A stretch of DNA of 64,000 nt from Candidatus Entotheonellaceae bacterium (GTDB taxonomy: Bacteria > Tectomicrobia > Entotheonellia > Entotheonellales > Entotheonellaceae): the NCBI GenBank assembly GCA_965238075.1, contig OZ250173.1:2144001-2208000 (forward strand), given 5' to 3'. The number at the start of each line of letters is the position of its first letter. Position 1 is the stretch's first letter. Below the pieces are notes generated by a model. That model worked only from the letters and a program-made list of their open reading frames with translations, made no database searches and was not told the DNA's origin. The position numbers and the translations under genes are program-made. Below, one piece after another: positions 39,806 through 49,216 of this stretch.

Positions 39806-40800
39806 CAGGCCACCCCCTGGGGCTCACCAAGCTGGTTCTGTTGCCAACACGCCGAGCCATGGCCGTTTTCCAGATGCACCAGGTGGGGCACCTCAAGGGC
39901 GCAGCGTTCCACTTTGAAGCCGCAGCGCGGCATAAAGGCGCAGCCGTTTGGCAGCCGCATCAGGTCGGGTGGCTGCCCTGGAATCGACTCCAGCTGGCGT
40001 CGGCGAGGCTGATCCAGACGGGGAACCGACCGCAATAACCCCAAGGTATAGGGGTGGCGCGGATGCCGGTAGACATCGCGGGCCTTACCCTGCTCGATGA
40101 TTTTGCCGGCGTACATGACATTGACCCGATCGGCGTAACGCGCCACCACCCCCAGGTTGTGCGTAATCAGGATCAAAGCCACCCCGAGGCGCTGGCTCAG
40201 ACCTTTCATCAACTCCAGGATCTGGGCCTGAATCGTGACATCGAGTGCCGTGGTAGGCTCATCCGCAATGATCAACGTCGGTTCACAGCACAGCGCCATG
40301 GCAATCATGACGCGCTGACGCATACCGCCGCTGAGGTGGTGCGGATACTGCTTGAGACGCTGCTCGGGCTCGGGAATCCCCACCATCTGCAAGTACGCCA
40401 CGGCTCTTTTGGCGCTCTCTGCGCGACTGATGGCCAAATGCTGCACCATGGTTTCCGTTAACTGCAAGCCAATGGTCAGCACGGGGTTGAGCGAGGTCAT
40501 GGGCTCCTGGAACACCATGGCGATTTGACGACCGCGTACCGCACGCATGTCTTCGTTGCCCAGTGCCAGCAGATCTTGACCCAGAAAGCGAATCGCACCA
40601 GACACAATGCGCCCAGACGGAACCGGAAGCAGCCTGAGGATCGACAGCGCACTCACAGACTTGCCGCACCCCGATTCGCCAACAATCGCCACCGTTTCCC
40701 CCTGTTCCACGTCATACGACATGCCATCGACGGCATGGACGGTGCCCGAAGGGGTGTGGAATTGGGTTCTGAGGTCTTGGACTTCCAGCAGTTTCGCCAT
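39805..40800 (-). CDS. ABC ATP-binding protein (DppD/OppD-like)
   Basis: GESGCGKS, LSGGMRQR, ADEPTTALD, GCAFMPRC. Confidence 0.94.
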   Translation of the reverse strand: MAKLLEVQDLRTQFHTPSGTVHAVDGMSYDVEQGETVAIVGESGCGKSVSALSILRLLPVPSGRIVSGAIRFLGQDLLALGNEDMRAVRGRQIAMVFQEPMTSLNPVLTIGLQLTETMVQHLAISRAESAKRAVAYLQMVGIPEPEQRLKQYPHHLSGGMRQRVMIAMALCCEPTLIIADEPTTALDVTIQAQILELMKGLSQRLGVALILITHNLGVVARYADRVNVMYAGKIIEQGKARDVYRHPRHPYTLGLLRSVPRLDQPRRRQLESIPGQPPDLMRLPNGCAFMPRCGFKVERCALEVPHLVHLENGHGSACWQQNQLGEPQGVA

Positions 40801-40945
40801 GCGCCGGATTATACGTCATGTGAAGGGATGAAATGGGAGTCGATGCCGACCCAGTGCAGTTCGTCGCCGGCAACGCTCTCAACTTGCCCGGTTCCTTGCC
40901 TCGTGCCGTCCTACGATTCTTACGACGCTAACTTGCACAGCGCCA

Positions 40946-41236
40946 TCATGGACTGGGTTCTCCAGGCAATTGCGCGCCATGCCAGACGGCGATGACCCAT
41001 ACCGTTTGGTCTTGGATACGGTAGAAAAATCGGTACGGTGTGACGATGATCTCTCGATAGGCGAGTTCTGGAAACTCCGGAATTTCCCGACCTGATGCAG
41101 GAAATTGCTCAAGTCGCCGTAGAATGGCCTCTGTCCGCTGTCGAAACCGCACCGCTGCTGCGGGATTATCTCGTCGAATGTAAGCCAGCGCTGCCAGAAA
41201 TTGTTGTCGTCCTGTAGCCGTGAAGCGGACTCTCAC
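40946..41236 (-). CDS. RelE/ParE-family toxin
   Basis: YIRRDNPAAA, FPASGR, YRFFYRI, VIAVWHG; GTGA overlap with the antitoxin. Confidence 0.88.
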   Translation of the reverse strand: MRVRFTATGRQQFLAALAYIRRDNPAAAVRFRQRTEAILRRLEQFPASGREIPEFPELAYREIIVTPYRFFYRIQDQTVWVIAVWHGAQLPGEPSP

Positions 41237-41514
41237 TCCGGGTCCTCAGCGAGCAGGTCGTCGGCTTCAGCCAGCACCTCATCGAGGTCATAACCAACGC
41301 CGGTGGCGATTTCCTGCTCGCCTCGCACGAGAAGGCTTAACAAGTCCTGGGTATGGGCCAGGCGTTCGTATGCTTCCACGCTCAACATGATCGCTGCCGC
41401 GCGGCCCCGCTGGGTGATGACGAGCGGTTGTTGGGAGGCCTGGACGCGTTTCAGGATCATTGCGGCGTCTCGACGCAGGTCGGATACGGGAATGATCTCG
41501 GGAACTTTAGACAT
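41233..41514 (-). CDS. Phd/YefM-family antitoxin
   Basis: IIPVSDLRR...PLVITQRGRAAAIMLSVEAYE. Confidence 0.9.
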   Translation of the reverse strand: MSKVPEIIPVSDLRRDAAMILKRVQASQQPLVITQRGRAAAIMLSVEAYERLAHTQDLLSLLVRGEQEIATGVGYDLDEVLAEADDLLAEDPE

Positions 41515-41625
41515 GGGGAATTATCTCCAAGAGTACGTTTAACCATATCAATAAAGATACTGTTAGGAGATATTATCGCCAAGTGACAGATGGAGGCCAC
41601 TTGAAAAGTTCAATCGTATCTGCGA

Positions 41626-41814
41626 AGTAACCCCATGACCAATACCATGAGCTACAAAGGCTATTCGGCCGGGATTGAGTAGGACGACGATGACGGCATC
41701 TTCACCGGCAGGATCGCCGGCATTCGTGACGGCGTGGGCTTTCATGCGGATACGGTAGACGGTCTGCGAGAAGCTTTTTACGAGGCGGTGGAGGATTACA
41801 TCGAGACCTGCGCC
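41626..41814 (+). repeat. 189-bp direct repeat copy 1 (hicA 3' end / hicB 5' part)
   Basis: Matches 46812-47000 with 2 substitutions; both copies carry the same in-frame TAG at hicB codon 16. Confidence 0.93.
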
Positions 41815-42159
41815 GTCGATTCCGAGCGCGTCATCGGCCGTGTAGCCTTCCGCCGCTCGTGGCTCCGCAAGCAAGGTCTCACTGTCGATCAGTGCTGTGT
41901 CATCCACGTCGTTGGTGAATCAATGGAGCCGACGTTGCCCAACGGATGCTCGATTCTGGTCAATCGGGCGCAGCGCAGGCGCCGCCTCAACCGAATCTTC
42001 GTGGTCAGAACTCATGATGGGTTGCTCGTGAAGCGGGCGGGCAAGAACGAGGCCGGGGGATGGCTGTTGGTGAGCGATCATCCGGCCTGGGGGTCAGTAC
42101 CGTGGCCCGCCGATGCCGAGGTGATCGGCGAGGTGCGCTGGATGGCAAGGACGCTTTAG
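41815..42159 (+). pseudogene. S24/LexA-like peptidase domain lacking its HTH, fused in frame to the hicB fragment (array unit 1)
   Basis: VVGESMEPTL (Ser), LLVKR (Lys), WLLVSDHPAW...VIGEVRWMARTL*. Confidence 0.85.
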
Positions 42160-42169
42160 GAGGATTCTG

Positions 42170-42430
42170 ATGAAACTGAGGCTTTTTTTTCCAATAGCCT
42201 TGGGTTTTGCCTTATTGGGTGCCGCGGGCATAACTGCTGGCACGACTGGCACGGACATACAACTGACAGGGTTCGAAAGATTGGTCGACACGGTATTGGT
42301 ATGGGTGCCTAGAATAGCCATGGGCCTGCTGCTGATTGCGGCTTTTTGGTGTTATTTCACTGGCCGCAGGAGGGAATTATTTTTCTCTCTTATAGGAATG
42401 ATTGTCTTCTGGGTGTACACATGGCTATAG
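42170..42430 (+). CDS. Small membrane protein (cargo 1)
   Basis: 86 aa, about 3 hydrophobic segments, lower GC; the SD AGGAGG overlaps the S24 stop. Confidence 0.65.
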   Translation: MKLRLFFPIALGFALLGAAGITAGTTGTDIQLTGFERLVDTVLVWVPRIAMGLLLIAAFWCYFTGRRRELFFSLIGMIVFWVYTWL

Positions 42431-42454
42431 GGGGCCGGTTGGGATTTTTCAAAG

Positions 42455-42586
42455 GTAAGAGCGGGCAATAGCAAACACGGAGAATGGATATTGGTGAGCG
42501 ATCACCCAGCGTGGGCGCCGATGCCATAGCCTGCTGCCGAGGCCGAGATGGTGGGCTAGGTGCGCTGGAGGGCGAGGGAGCTATAG
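42455..42586 (+). repeat. Degenerate S24 3' tail (array unit 2)
   Basis: Translates VRAGNSKHGEWILVSDHPAWAPMP*PAAEAEMVG*VRWRAREL*. Confidence 0.85.
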
Positions 42587-42605
42587 GGAGCCAAGGGGAA
42601 AGCAG

Positions 42606-43306
42606 ATGCCGGAAACAGTACGACTCTATCACTTTATGCGGGTAGAGCATGCCTTGCAGGCTATAGAAAGGCGTCGATTGAAGATTGCCGAACTAGACAA
42701 GGTAAATGACCCTTTCGAGTGCCTGGCAATTGCCTCAACAGCCGCAAGGACGAAGAGTTCTTTTTGAGTTACCAGAGGGACATCGCGAAGGAATATGGTG
42801 TGGTTTGTTTTAGCGAGACCTGTCAAGACCCCTCATTATGGGGTCATTATGCCGATAGATTTAGGGGAATATGCCTTGGTTTTGACACCGCTTTCCATGG
42901 AGACGACGAGGAGGACTTGATTGGTAAAGTTAACTACGTCCAAAAACGGATAGACACAGGAAAATTCCGTGACCTGCTTACTTATTTTAAGAGTAGTAAT
43001 TCACAATACGACAACAACATCTCAACTCAAATCCAAACCCTTATGTATACAAAGTCATTCAACTGGGCTTACGAGAAAGAATGGCGTTTGTGGGTCGAGA
43101 AAATGCATCAGGACCCAGTTACCGGGCTACATTTTGCTGATTTTGGCCCACTGGTTCTTCGTGAGATATTAATTGGGTTTCGATGCCCCGAAGAAGACAT
43201 AGAGTCTAGACTTGACAAATTGGTTGCCAGCTACTCTGATCCACCAAAGATTTCCTTCACCCGCCGGTCGCTATCCACTTTTGAAATCGTGAGAGAGCCC
43301 TCGTAA
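42606..43306 (+). pseudogene. DUF2971-family protein, frameshift near 42735 (cargo 2)
   Basis: RLYHFM...VNDPFE in one frame; CFSE...LWGHYAD..GICLGF and KSFNWAYEKEWR in the next; low GC. Confidence 0.82.
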
Positions 43307-43411
43307 GGACCGACACGCTCATCGGCTTGTGCTCACGTACCTCGTAAGGAGGCGACGGGGCCGCGCATGCATGGCTCGGCTGCAGGCAATGAATAAGGAG
43401 CAAGTGTCATC

Positions 43412-44012
43412 GTGAGAGGTACTTTGCGATTTGCCCTCTGTGTCGCACTCCTGGGGGTTTGCGTGGCGCCATGCCCGGTAACGGCACAAGACGCTGATGT
43501 CCCGGACTGCCTAAAGACCCCTCAGACGCTCGAGGCGAAGGTCGCCGCGTGTCAGGCAGCCGCTGAGGGCGGAGATGCGAAGGCACAGTTGGAATTCGGC
43601 CTCATGTACGCCTTTGGAGAGGGTGTTCCGCAAAACGATGCCGAGGCGCTAGTATGGTTTCGCCGGGCCGCTGAGGGCGGATATGCGGAGGCGCAGTTCA
43701 ATCTCGGCCTCGTGTATTACAGGGGCAAGGGGTGTGCCACAAGATTATGCCGAAGCCCTGGTGTGGTATCGCCGGGCCGCTGAGAGCGGATATGCGAAGG
43801 CGCAGTTTGCAGTCGGCACCATGTACATCGGCGGCGAGGGTGTTCCGCAGGATTATGTTCTGGCTCACATGTGGCTGAATCTCGCCGGCGCAGGTGGCCG
43901 CGAACGTGCCGGCGAATTGCGTGACTTGCTTGCACGGCATATGACCCCGGCTCAGATCGCCGACGCTCAGCGCTTGGCCCAGGAGTGGATGCAAGCGCAT
44001 CGGGCAGAGTAG
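43412..44012 (+). pseudogene. Secreted Sel1/TPR-repeat protein, +1 frameshift in a G run near 43730
   Basis: Signal peptide, three Sel1 repeats (AQ..LG.MY..G.GVPQ..AEALVW.RRAAE.G), AHMWLNLA...MTPAQIA tail. Confidence 0.88.
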
Positions 44013-44050
44013 GACGGGGGGCTAAGGGGTACCGGTCGGGATGGTCCAGG

Positions 44051-44179
44051 GGCAGGGGCCGACAGGGTGAGGCTGGAGAATGGCTGCTGGTAAGCGATCA
44101 TCCGGCATGGGCGTCAGTGGCGTGGCCGGGTTCGGCTGAGGTGGTCGGGGAAGTCAGGTGGATGGCGAGGGAGCTTTAG
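44051..44179 (+). repeat. S24 3' tail (array unit 3)
   Basis: GEAGEWLLVSDHPAWASVAWPGSAEVVGEVRWMAREL*, followed by GAG (TAGGAG). Confidence 0.88.
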
Positions 44180-44293
44180 GAGCGAACGGTTCTGAGCAAC
44201 GCGGCCCTGATCGTACAGCGCTACGGGATGGTGGTGGGACGGGAGTGAGGGCCGAACCGCGTTAATCCGAGTGACGACACAAGGAGATCCACT

Positions 44294-45103
44294 ATGATTT
44301 CTTCTGAGGAGAACGATCAGGCGAGATTGCAGGCATGGTTTTCAAAATGCCTGGAGCGATGGGAAACCCTAACAAAGGACCTGGAACCTGAAAACGTTGC
44401 CCGTTTTCCAAAGGGATACTACGCCGCTGCGTATATTCTCGCGGACGTTCAGCAGCCGTTGGCAGCGAATCAATTACCTGGGGCGCTCCGCCTTGGCATC
44501 ATCAGGCACACGGGCAGGCCTCCGTTCTCGGTTCCAGCCAAAAGCGGACTCGAGCCCCGTGTGTATGATGGAAACGTAGAATGCTGGATTGGTGGGACAA
44601 TACAAAACGATGGGCCAGCTCATGCTGACTTCTGGCGCGCATCTCCGGACGGCATGTTCTTTTTTATGCGAGGGTACCAGGAAGACAATCACGTACGAGG
44701 GTACCAGGAAGACGATCACGAGAAAGTACAAATCGATCCCGGAAGCAGTTTTGATCTTACTCTGCCGACCCGGCGTCTGGGTGAAATTCTGCTTCACGCC
44801 TCAAGCATGGCCCACCAGTTTGAATCCGAGGATACAAGGGTTCTGTTGAAGGTCCAATGGACCGGTCTTGACGAGCGCAAATTGGTAAGTATTACAAATT
44901 CTAACCGTGCATTAATCCATACACATATTTCTCAACAAGCAACCTACTCCAGAATCATTGAGGCACAAGCCAACCAAATTCCAAAAACACTCCCAGAGCT
45001 TGTGGAGAGTGTCGTGAGGCCACTTTACGAGCAGTTTATCTTTCAGCTACCGGCTGGACTTGTTGTTGAGGAATTGAACAAAATGCAGAAAGCTCAGTTA
45101 TAG
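44294..45103 (+). CDS. Hypothetical protein resembling the C-terminal region of AlbA_2/Schlafen-domain proteins (cargo 3)
   Basis: HTGRPPF, VECW, HADFWR.SP.G, RGYQED (duplicated); SD AAGGAG; lower GC. Confidence 0.55.
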   Translation: MISSEENDQARLQAWFSKCLERWETLTKDLEPENVARFPKGYYAAAYILADVQQPLAANQLPGALRLGIIRHTGRPPFSVPAKSGLEPRVYDGNVECWIGGTIQNDGPAHADFWRASPDGMFFFMRGYQEDNHVRGYQEDDHEKVQIDPGSSFDLTLPTRRLGEILLHASSMAHQFESEDTRVLLKVQWTGLDERKLVSITNSNRALIHTHISQQATYSRIIEAQANQIPKTLPELVESVVRPLYEQFIFQLPAGLVVEELNKMQKAQL

Positions 45104-45546
45104 CCGGGGTAAGGGAATGGCGGAAACGTCCTCGTGAAGAGTGGAGTATACCGGATTGCGACGCTGAAGGAAGATCGAATGAGCGGCCGTGTGGCTTGGG
45201 TATAGCCGCAGCCCGCGGGACGGTGACGCTAATCCCATTTCCCGCAGCAGCACAGACTGCGCCACCTGGGTCAGCGCCAGCGCCTGAGACATCGTTAGCC
45301 CCGCTTGCCGAAAGCCCACGTCGTACAGGCCGTCGGTGTCGTCCAGGAACAGGACCAGCGCCTTGGTCGGAGTCGTGCTGCTCCGTCACTTCCGCCAGGG
45401 CGTCAGTCAGCATTTGCTCAACATTCCAGCGGGAGCCGTCGGCCGTCTTGTGGCTCAGGCAAGAGACCTTGTTGTCAGTCATATGTGCCTACGCCGCATC
45501 AAAAGGGGCCTAACCCAGAAGGACAAATGAGGACAAACCGGATTTG

Positions 45547-46062
45547 ATGGATAAGTACACCAGCCCGTACATGATTGAGAACGCGAAATCGTTGCAGCGT
45601 GTTGTGGAGGAAATGGAATTGAACGGGTCCGAGTCCCCTCTGTCGGACCTATCTCTCTTCCAGGGAAAGTTTTTGGCAGGTCCAATCTTACTATCCCTGG
45701 CGACAGAGGTTGCACTGAAGGCATGGCAATGTCGAGAACGGAACGGAGCCCCTGACCAAACTCATGACTTGCTAAATTTGTTCGATGGGTTGGAGCCGGG
45801 CACACAAGACCTAATCGCACAAGGTTTGGCAGGCCAAGAACACCTACTTGTGTCGTCTCGGGGTAGTGAGGAATATGTACTGCCGTTCCAAATTGGCGAA
45901 CAGATACCCCGCGTTAAGATTTTGCGTGCCATTCTGAGATATTATCGGAACTCTTTCACGGATTGGAGGTACTTGTACGAAAAACGCCGTGGCATGACAT
46001 TTGAGCTATCTGCACTCGACGCAATACTAACGGGGGTAATCGACGCCTACTGCAAGAGATGA
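45547..46062 (+). CDS. HEPN-like protein
   Basis: LSLATEVALKA...THDLLNLF...DWRYLYE. Confidence 0.65.
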   Translation: MDKYTSPYMIENAKSLQRVVEEMELNGSESPLSDLSLFQGKFLAGPILLSLATEVALKAWQCRERNGAPDQTHDLLNLFDGLEPGTQDLIAQGLAGQEHLLVSSRGSEEYVLPFQIGEQIPRVKILRAILRYYRNSFTDWRYLYEKRRGMTFELSALDAILTGVIDAYCKR

Positions 46063-46108
46063 GACCGCTCAGCCTAAAGTTCGGACTCAGTTGGAGTTGA
46101 TTCTTAGC

Positions 46109-46149
46109 GAGGTATCGGGGAAGTCCACTGGATGGGGAGGGAGCTTTAG
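46109..46149 (+). repeat. Short degenerate S24 3' tail (array unit 4)
   Basis: GAGGTATCGGGGAAGTCCACTGGATGGGGAGGGAGCTTTAG = EV(I)GEVHWMGREL*, followed by GAG. Confidence 0.75.
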
Positions 46150-46584
46150 GAGACGGGGAGGGCATCAGAATTTGGGGCTTGGCGATTGCGGCTTTGGCCT
46201 TGCTAGTCCTTGTGACTCCTTCTGGCGTCCTAGTAGTCCAAACTGAGGGAGAGGAAACCCCATATGAGAGGTAGCGCCTTTTTACCTCATGCGCGGTGTT
46301 TGGCTTTAGGGCGACACGCAGTTGAACGTCTGGCTTGGTCCGGTCTTACTACCAACTTCAACGTCTGAGAAATCGTAGTACAATCCGAAGCCATTTGGTT
46401 CGATGATAAAGGAGTAGTTTTTCTTTCCTTCCCCAAAATCCCACCGCCGATTGAACCCGAGAACTCGAAAATATGCTCGGTAGGTGACACCAGCTACCGA
46501 CACGTCGCCAAAGCCAAGATCTTCGCCGTCCCCTGCTACCCGAGTCAGCCTGACCAAGACTGTTTTCTTAGAATAGTCGGACTC

Positions 46585-46824
46585 CGCAAAACCCTTGCCG
46601 CCGTGTTCACCAATCCGGTGTCAGGCACCATTGAATGGACGGCGATCGAGGGTCTGCTTCTCGCCGCTGGTGCGCGGGTGATCGAGGGGCGAGGCTCACG
46701 GGTACGATTCGAGAAGGATGGCGAGGTCGAAACGTTTCATCGGCCGCACCCCGCTAAGGAAGCCAAACGCTATCAGGTCCGGGCCGCCCGCGCGTTCCTG
46801 GAACGGATCGGAGTAACCCCATGA
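46585..46824 (+). pseudogene. hicA: HicA toxin, 5'-truncated
   Basis: RKTLAAVF.NP...IEW..IEGLL...EGRGSRVRF...FHRPHP.KEAK.YQV; the native start is missing. Confidence 0.82.
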
Positions 46825-47000
46825 CCAATACCATGAGCTACAAAAGCTATTCGGCCGGGATTGAGTAGGACGACGATGACGGCATCTTCACCGGCAGGAT
46901 CGCCGGCATTCGTGACGGCGTGGGCTTTCATGCGGATACGGTAGACGGTCTGCGAGAAGCTTTTTACGAGGCGGTGGAGGATTACTTCGAGACCTGCGCC
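46812..47000 (+). repeat. 189-bp direct repeat copy 2
   Basis: Near-identical to 41626-41814. Confidence 0.93.
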
Positions 47001-47153
47001 AAGGTCGGCAAAGCGCCGCAGAAGGCTTTCTCCGGCCAAGTGATGTTCCGTATCAGCCCGGAGGTTCACCGTAAGGCTACCCTCGCAGCTGAGCTCTCCG
47101 GCAAGAGCCTGAATCAGTGGGCAGAAGAAGTGCTGGGCCGCGCCGCCGGCTAG
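46821..47153 (+). pseudogene. hicB: HicB antitoxin with premature TAG at codon 16
   Basis: MTNTMSYKSYSAGIE*DDDDGIFTGRIAGI...FSGQVMFRISPEVH...GKSLNQW. Confidence 0.88.
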
Positions 47154-47301
47154 GGCCAGCGCATTGGACCGGCTCCTATCACGTTCTCTATACACGCGGC
47201 GCCAAATTGCGGCAGCAAGGCGCATTTGCTAGACTGCGCCCCGCTCCAGGAGTCCCCCCGTAACCCTTTGCGGTGCTGTCGCAAACAGCGTAAGGCCTGC
47301 C

Positions 47302-48750
47302 GTGTCATCACTCCCGCCCCACAGCGTGCCCTCGGAAGTCAGCCAGTACTATCACGGCTCGGCGATGTTTGCCGACCCGGTCCACAGCTACGTGCCCTTT
47401 ACCGTGCCGCTCGATCTGCACGGCGGTGCGCGCGAGGTGGCGGAAAAGGACGTCATCGACACGCCGTGGGTGCAGCGCCTGCGCTACATCAACCAGTTGC
47501 AGAGTGCCCGCTGGGTCTACCCGGGGGCCGAGCACAGCCGCTTCCAGCATTCCCTCGGCGCCATGCACGTCGCCGGGCGCTTCGCCCGGCAACTCTACCC
47601 GTCCTTGCGCGCGGTGGAGCCGTCCTGCCCGTCGCTGCCGTACGTGGAGGAGGTTCTGCGCATGGGCGCCCTGCTGCACGACGTCGGCCACGGCCCGTTC
47701 GGCCATTTCTTTGACGACAACCACTTGGCGCAATTCGGCATCGGCCACGAGGCCCTCGGCCAGCAGATCATTCTGCGCGAATTGGCCGACACCCTGCGCG
47801 GCCTGCGGCGCGGGCCCAGCGGCGCGTTCGCCGCCGATGAAGCGCTCGAACCGGCGCACGTCGCCTTCGTGATGCAGAAGAAGGATACCGCCGCGGACGC
47901 GCCGCGCTGGCTGCGCCATATCAAACCGGTGCTCGGCGGCATCTACACGGCGGACAACCTGGACTACGTGCTGCGCGATTCGTACATGTGCGGGGTGGCC
48001 ATCGGACCCATCGACCTGGAGCGGCTGCTGCATTACAGCGTCATCACGCCGGACGGCCCGGCGCTGCACAAGTCCGGCGTCAGCGCCCTGACGATGTTCC
48101 TCAACGCGCGACTCTACCTCTATGCCAACGTCTACTTTCACCGCACCGTGCGCGCCATCGACCTGCATCTGCGCGACGTGTTCCCCGCCACCTTGCGCCA
48201 CCTGTTCCCCGACAACCCGCTCGACGACCTGCGGCGCTACGTGCGCCTCACCGACTGGTCGGTGCTGGAGGCGGTGCGCGGCTGGGTCGATGACCCATCG
48301 CCCGACAAGCGCGCCCTCGGCCAGGAGTGGAGCCGGATTCTGGGCCGCAAGCTGAAATGGAAAATGGCCTACGATGCCACGCTGCCCATGCGCGGCCGCG
48401 AGCGCCGCACGGCGCAGAGTTTCGCACCGGAGCACCTCGTTGAACGGGTGCGAAGCGCCCTGCCGCCGGACAGCGGGGCGCTGGAATTTCAGCTCGATAC
48501 CGCCGTGCAGGACCCGAGAAACCTCAACCCGCTGGCACTCGGCGAATGGCCGATCAGCATCTATGACCCTGCCACCGGCGAGGCGCACCGTGAGCTGCTG
48601 GAGGACATCCTGGCACCCATTCCCGCCGAAATGGTGCATTACCGGTTGTACACGACCGACCGCACCGCGGTGCCCATGCTTGCCCGCGCCTGCGAGTCGG
48701 TCCTGGAGTCGGGGCGCGTCAACCGCACGTCTCAGGCCGCCGGCACTTGA
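47302..48750 (+). CDS. HD-domain phosphohydrolase (SAMHD1/YwfO-like dNTPase family)
   Basis: QRLRYINQL, YPGAEHSRFQHSLG, LLHDVGHGPFGH, ADNLDYVLRDSY, VYFHRT. Confidence 0.9.
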   Translation: MSSLPPHSVPSEVSQYYHGSAMFADPVHSYVPFTVPLDLHGGAREVAEKDVIDTPWVQRLRYINQLQSARWVYPGAEHSRFQHSLGAMHVAGRFARQLYPSLRAVEPSCPSLPYVEEVLRMGALLHDVGHGPFGHFFDDNHLAQFGIGHEALGQQIILRELADTLRGLRRGPSGAFAADEALEPAHVAFVMQKKDTAADAPRWLRHIKPVLGGIYTADNLDYVLRDSYMCGVAIGPIDLERLLHYSVITPDGPALHKSGVSALTMFLNARLYLYANVYFHRTVRAIDLHLRDVFPATLRHLFPDNPLDDLRRYVRLTDWSVLEAVRGWVDDPSPDKRALGQEWSRILGRKLKWKMAYDATLPMRGRERRTAQSFAPEHLVERVRSALPPDSGALEFQLDTAVQDPRNLNPLALGEWPISIYDPATGEAHRELLEDILAPIPAEMVHYRLYTTDRTAVPMLARACESVLESGRVNRTSQAAGT

Positions 48751-48799
48751 CGCCGGGCGCGGCCTTTTTTCGCCTTCGCCACCATGCAAAGGAACCGTG

Positions 48800-49141
48800 A
48801 TGACGATGTATACGCTGCAGGAAGCCCGCGACCTGCTGCCGCAGGTCAAGGAAGTGACGCAGCATTACTACGATGTCGTTGAGGAGATGCGCGAGCAGCT
48901 TGAGAACCTGGAGGAGCCGCGCGATGCCAAGCGCCTCGAAGGACTCATGAATGACGAGGTTGGCAACTGGGTCAAGGCGGTCAGGAACCTCGGGGTGGAA
49001 GTCAAAGGCCTGTGGGTGGCGGATTTCGATTCGGGCGACGGCTATTACTACTGCTGGAAGCTCGGCGAGGATGACATCGAACATTTCCACCGCTACGAAA
49101 CGGGGTTCGCCGGGCGCCGTCCCATCTCGTTGCTGGATTAG
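48800..49141 (+). CDS. DUF2203-family protein
   Basis: YTLQEARDLLP...VKG...DF...CWKLGE...H....GFAGRRPI. Confidence 0.88.
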   Translation: MTMYTLQEARDLLPQVKEVTQHYYDVVEEMREQLENLEEPRDAKRLEGLMNDEVGNWVKAVRNLGVEVKGLWVADFDSGDGYYYCWKLGEDDIEHFHRYETGFAGRRPISLLD

Positions 49142-49216
49142 GACGGCGGCATGTCGGATTGCGCGACGCTGGAGTATTTCCGTATCGGATTGCAACGGGG
49201 AGCTATCGGCCGGCTC

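Noticed and set aside
41680-41682. Shared TAG in both hicB copies as stop-codon recoding (pyrrolysine or alternative code)
   Set aside because: TAG terminates many intact genes in the window; the codon replaces an expected Tyr and is explained by duplication after mutation.
41815-46274. CRISPR array or integron as the explanation for the recurring sequence
   Set aside because: The units are diverged protein-coding tails at irregular 0.4-2 kb spacing; no RYYYAAC/GTTRRRY attC structure, intI or cas genes were seen.
46306-46584. Intact gene on the minus strand abutting hicA
   Set aside because: The peptide looks protein-like (RRWDFG...GLYYDFS), but its 5' end is cut at the hicA junction; treated as an unassignable fragment.
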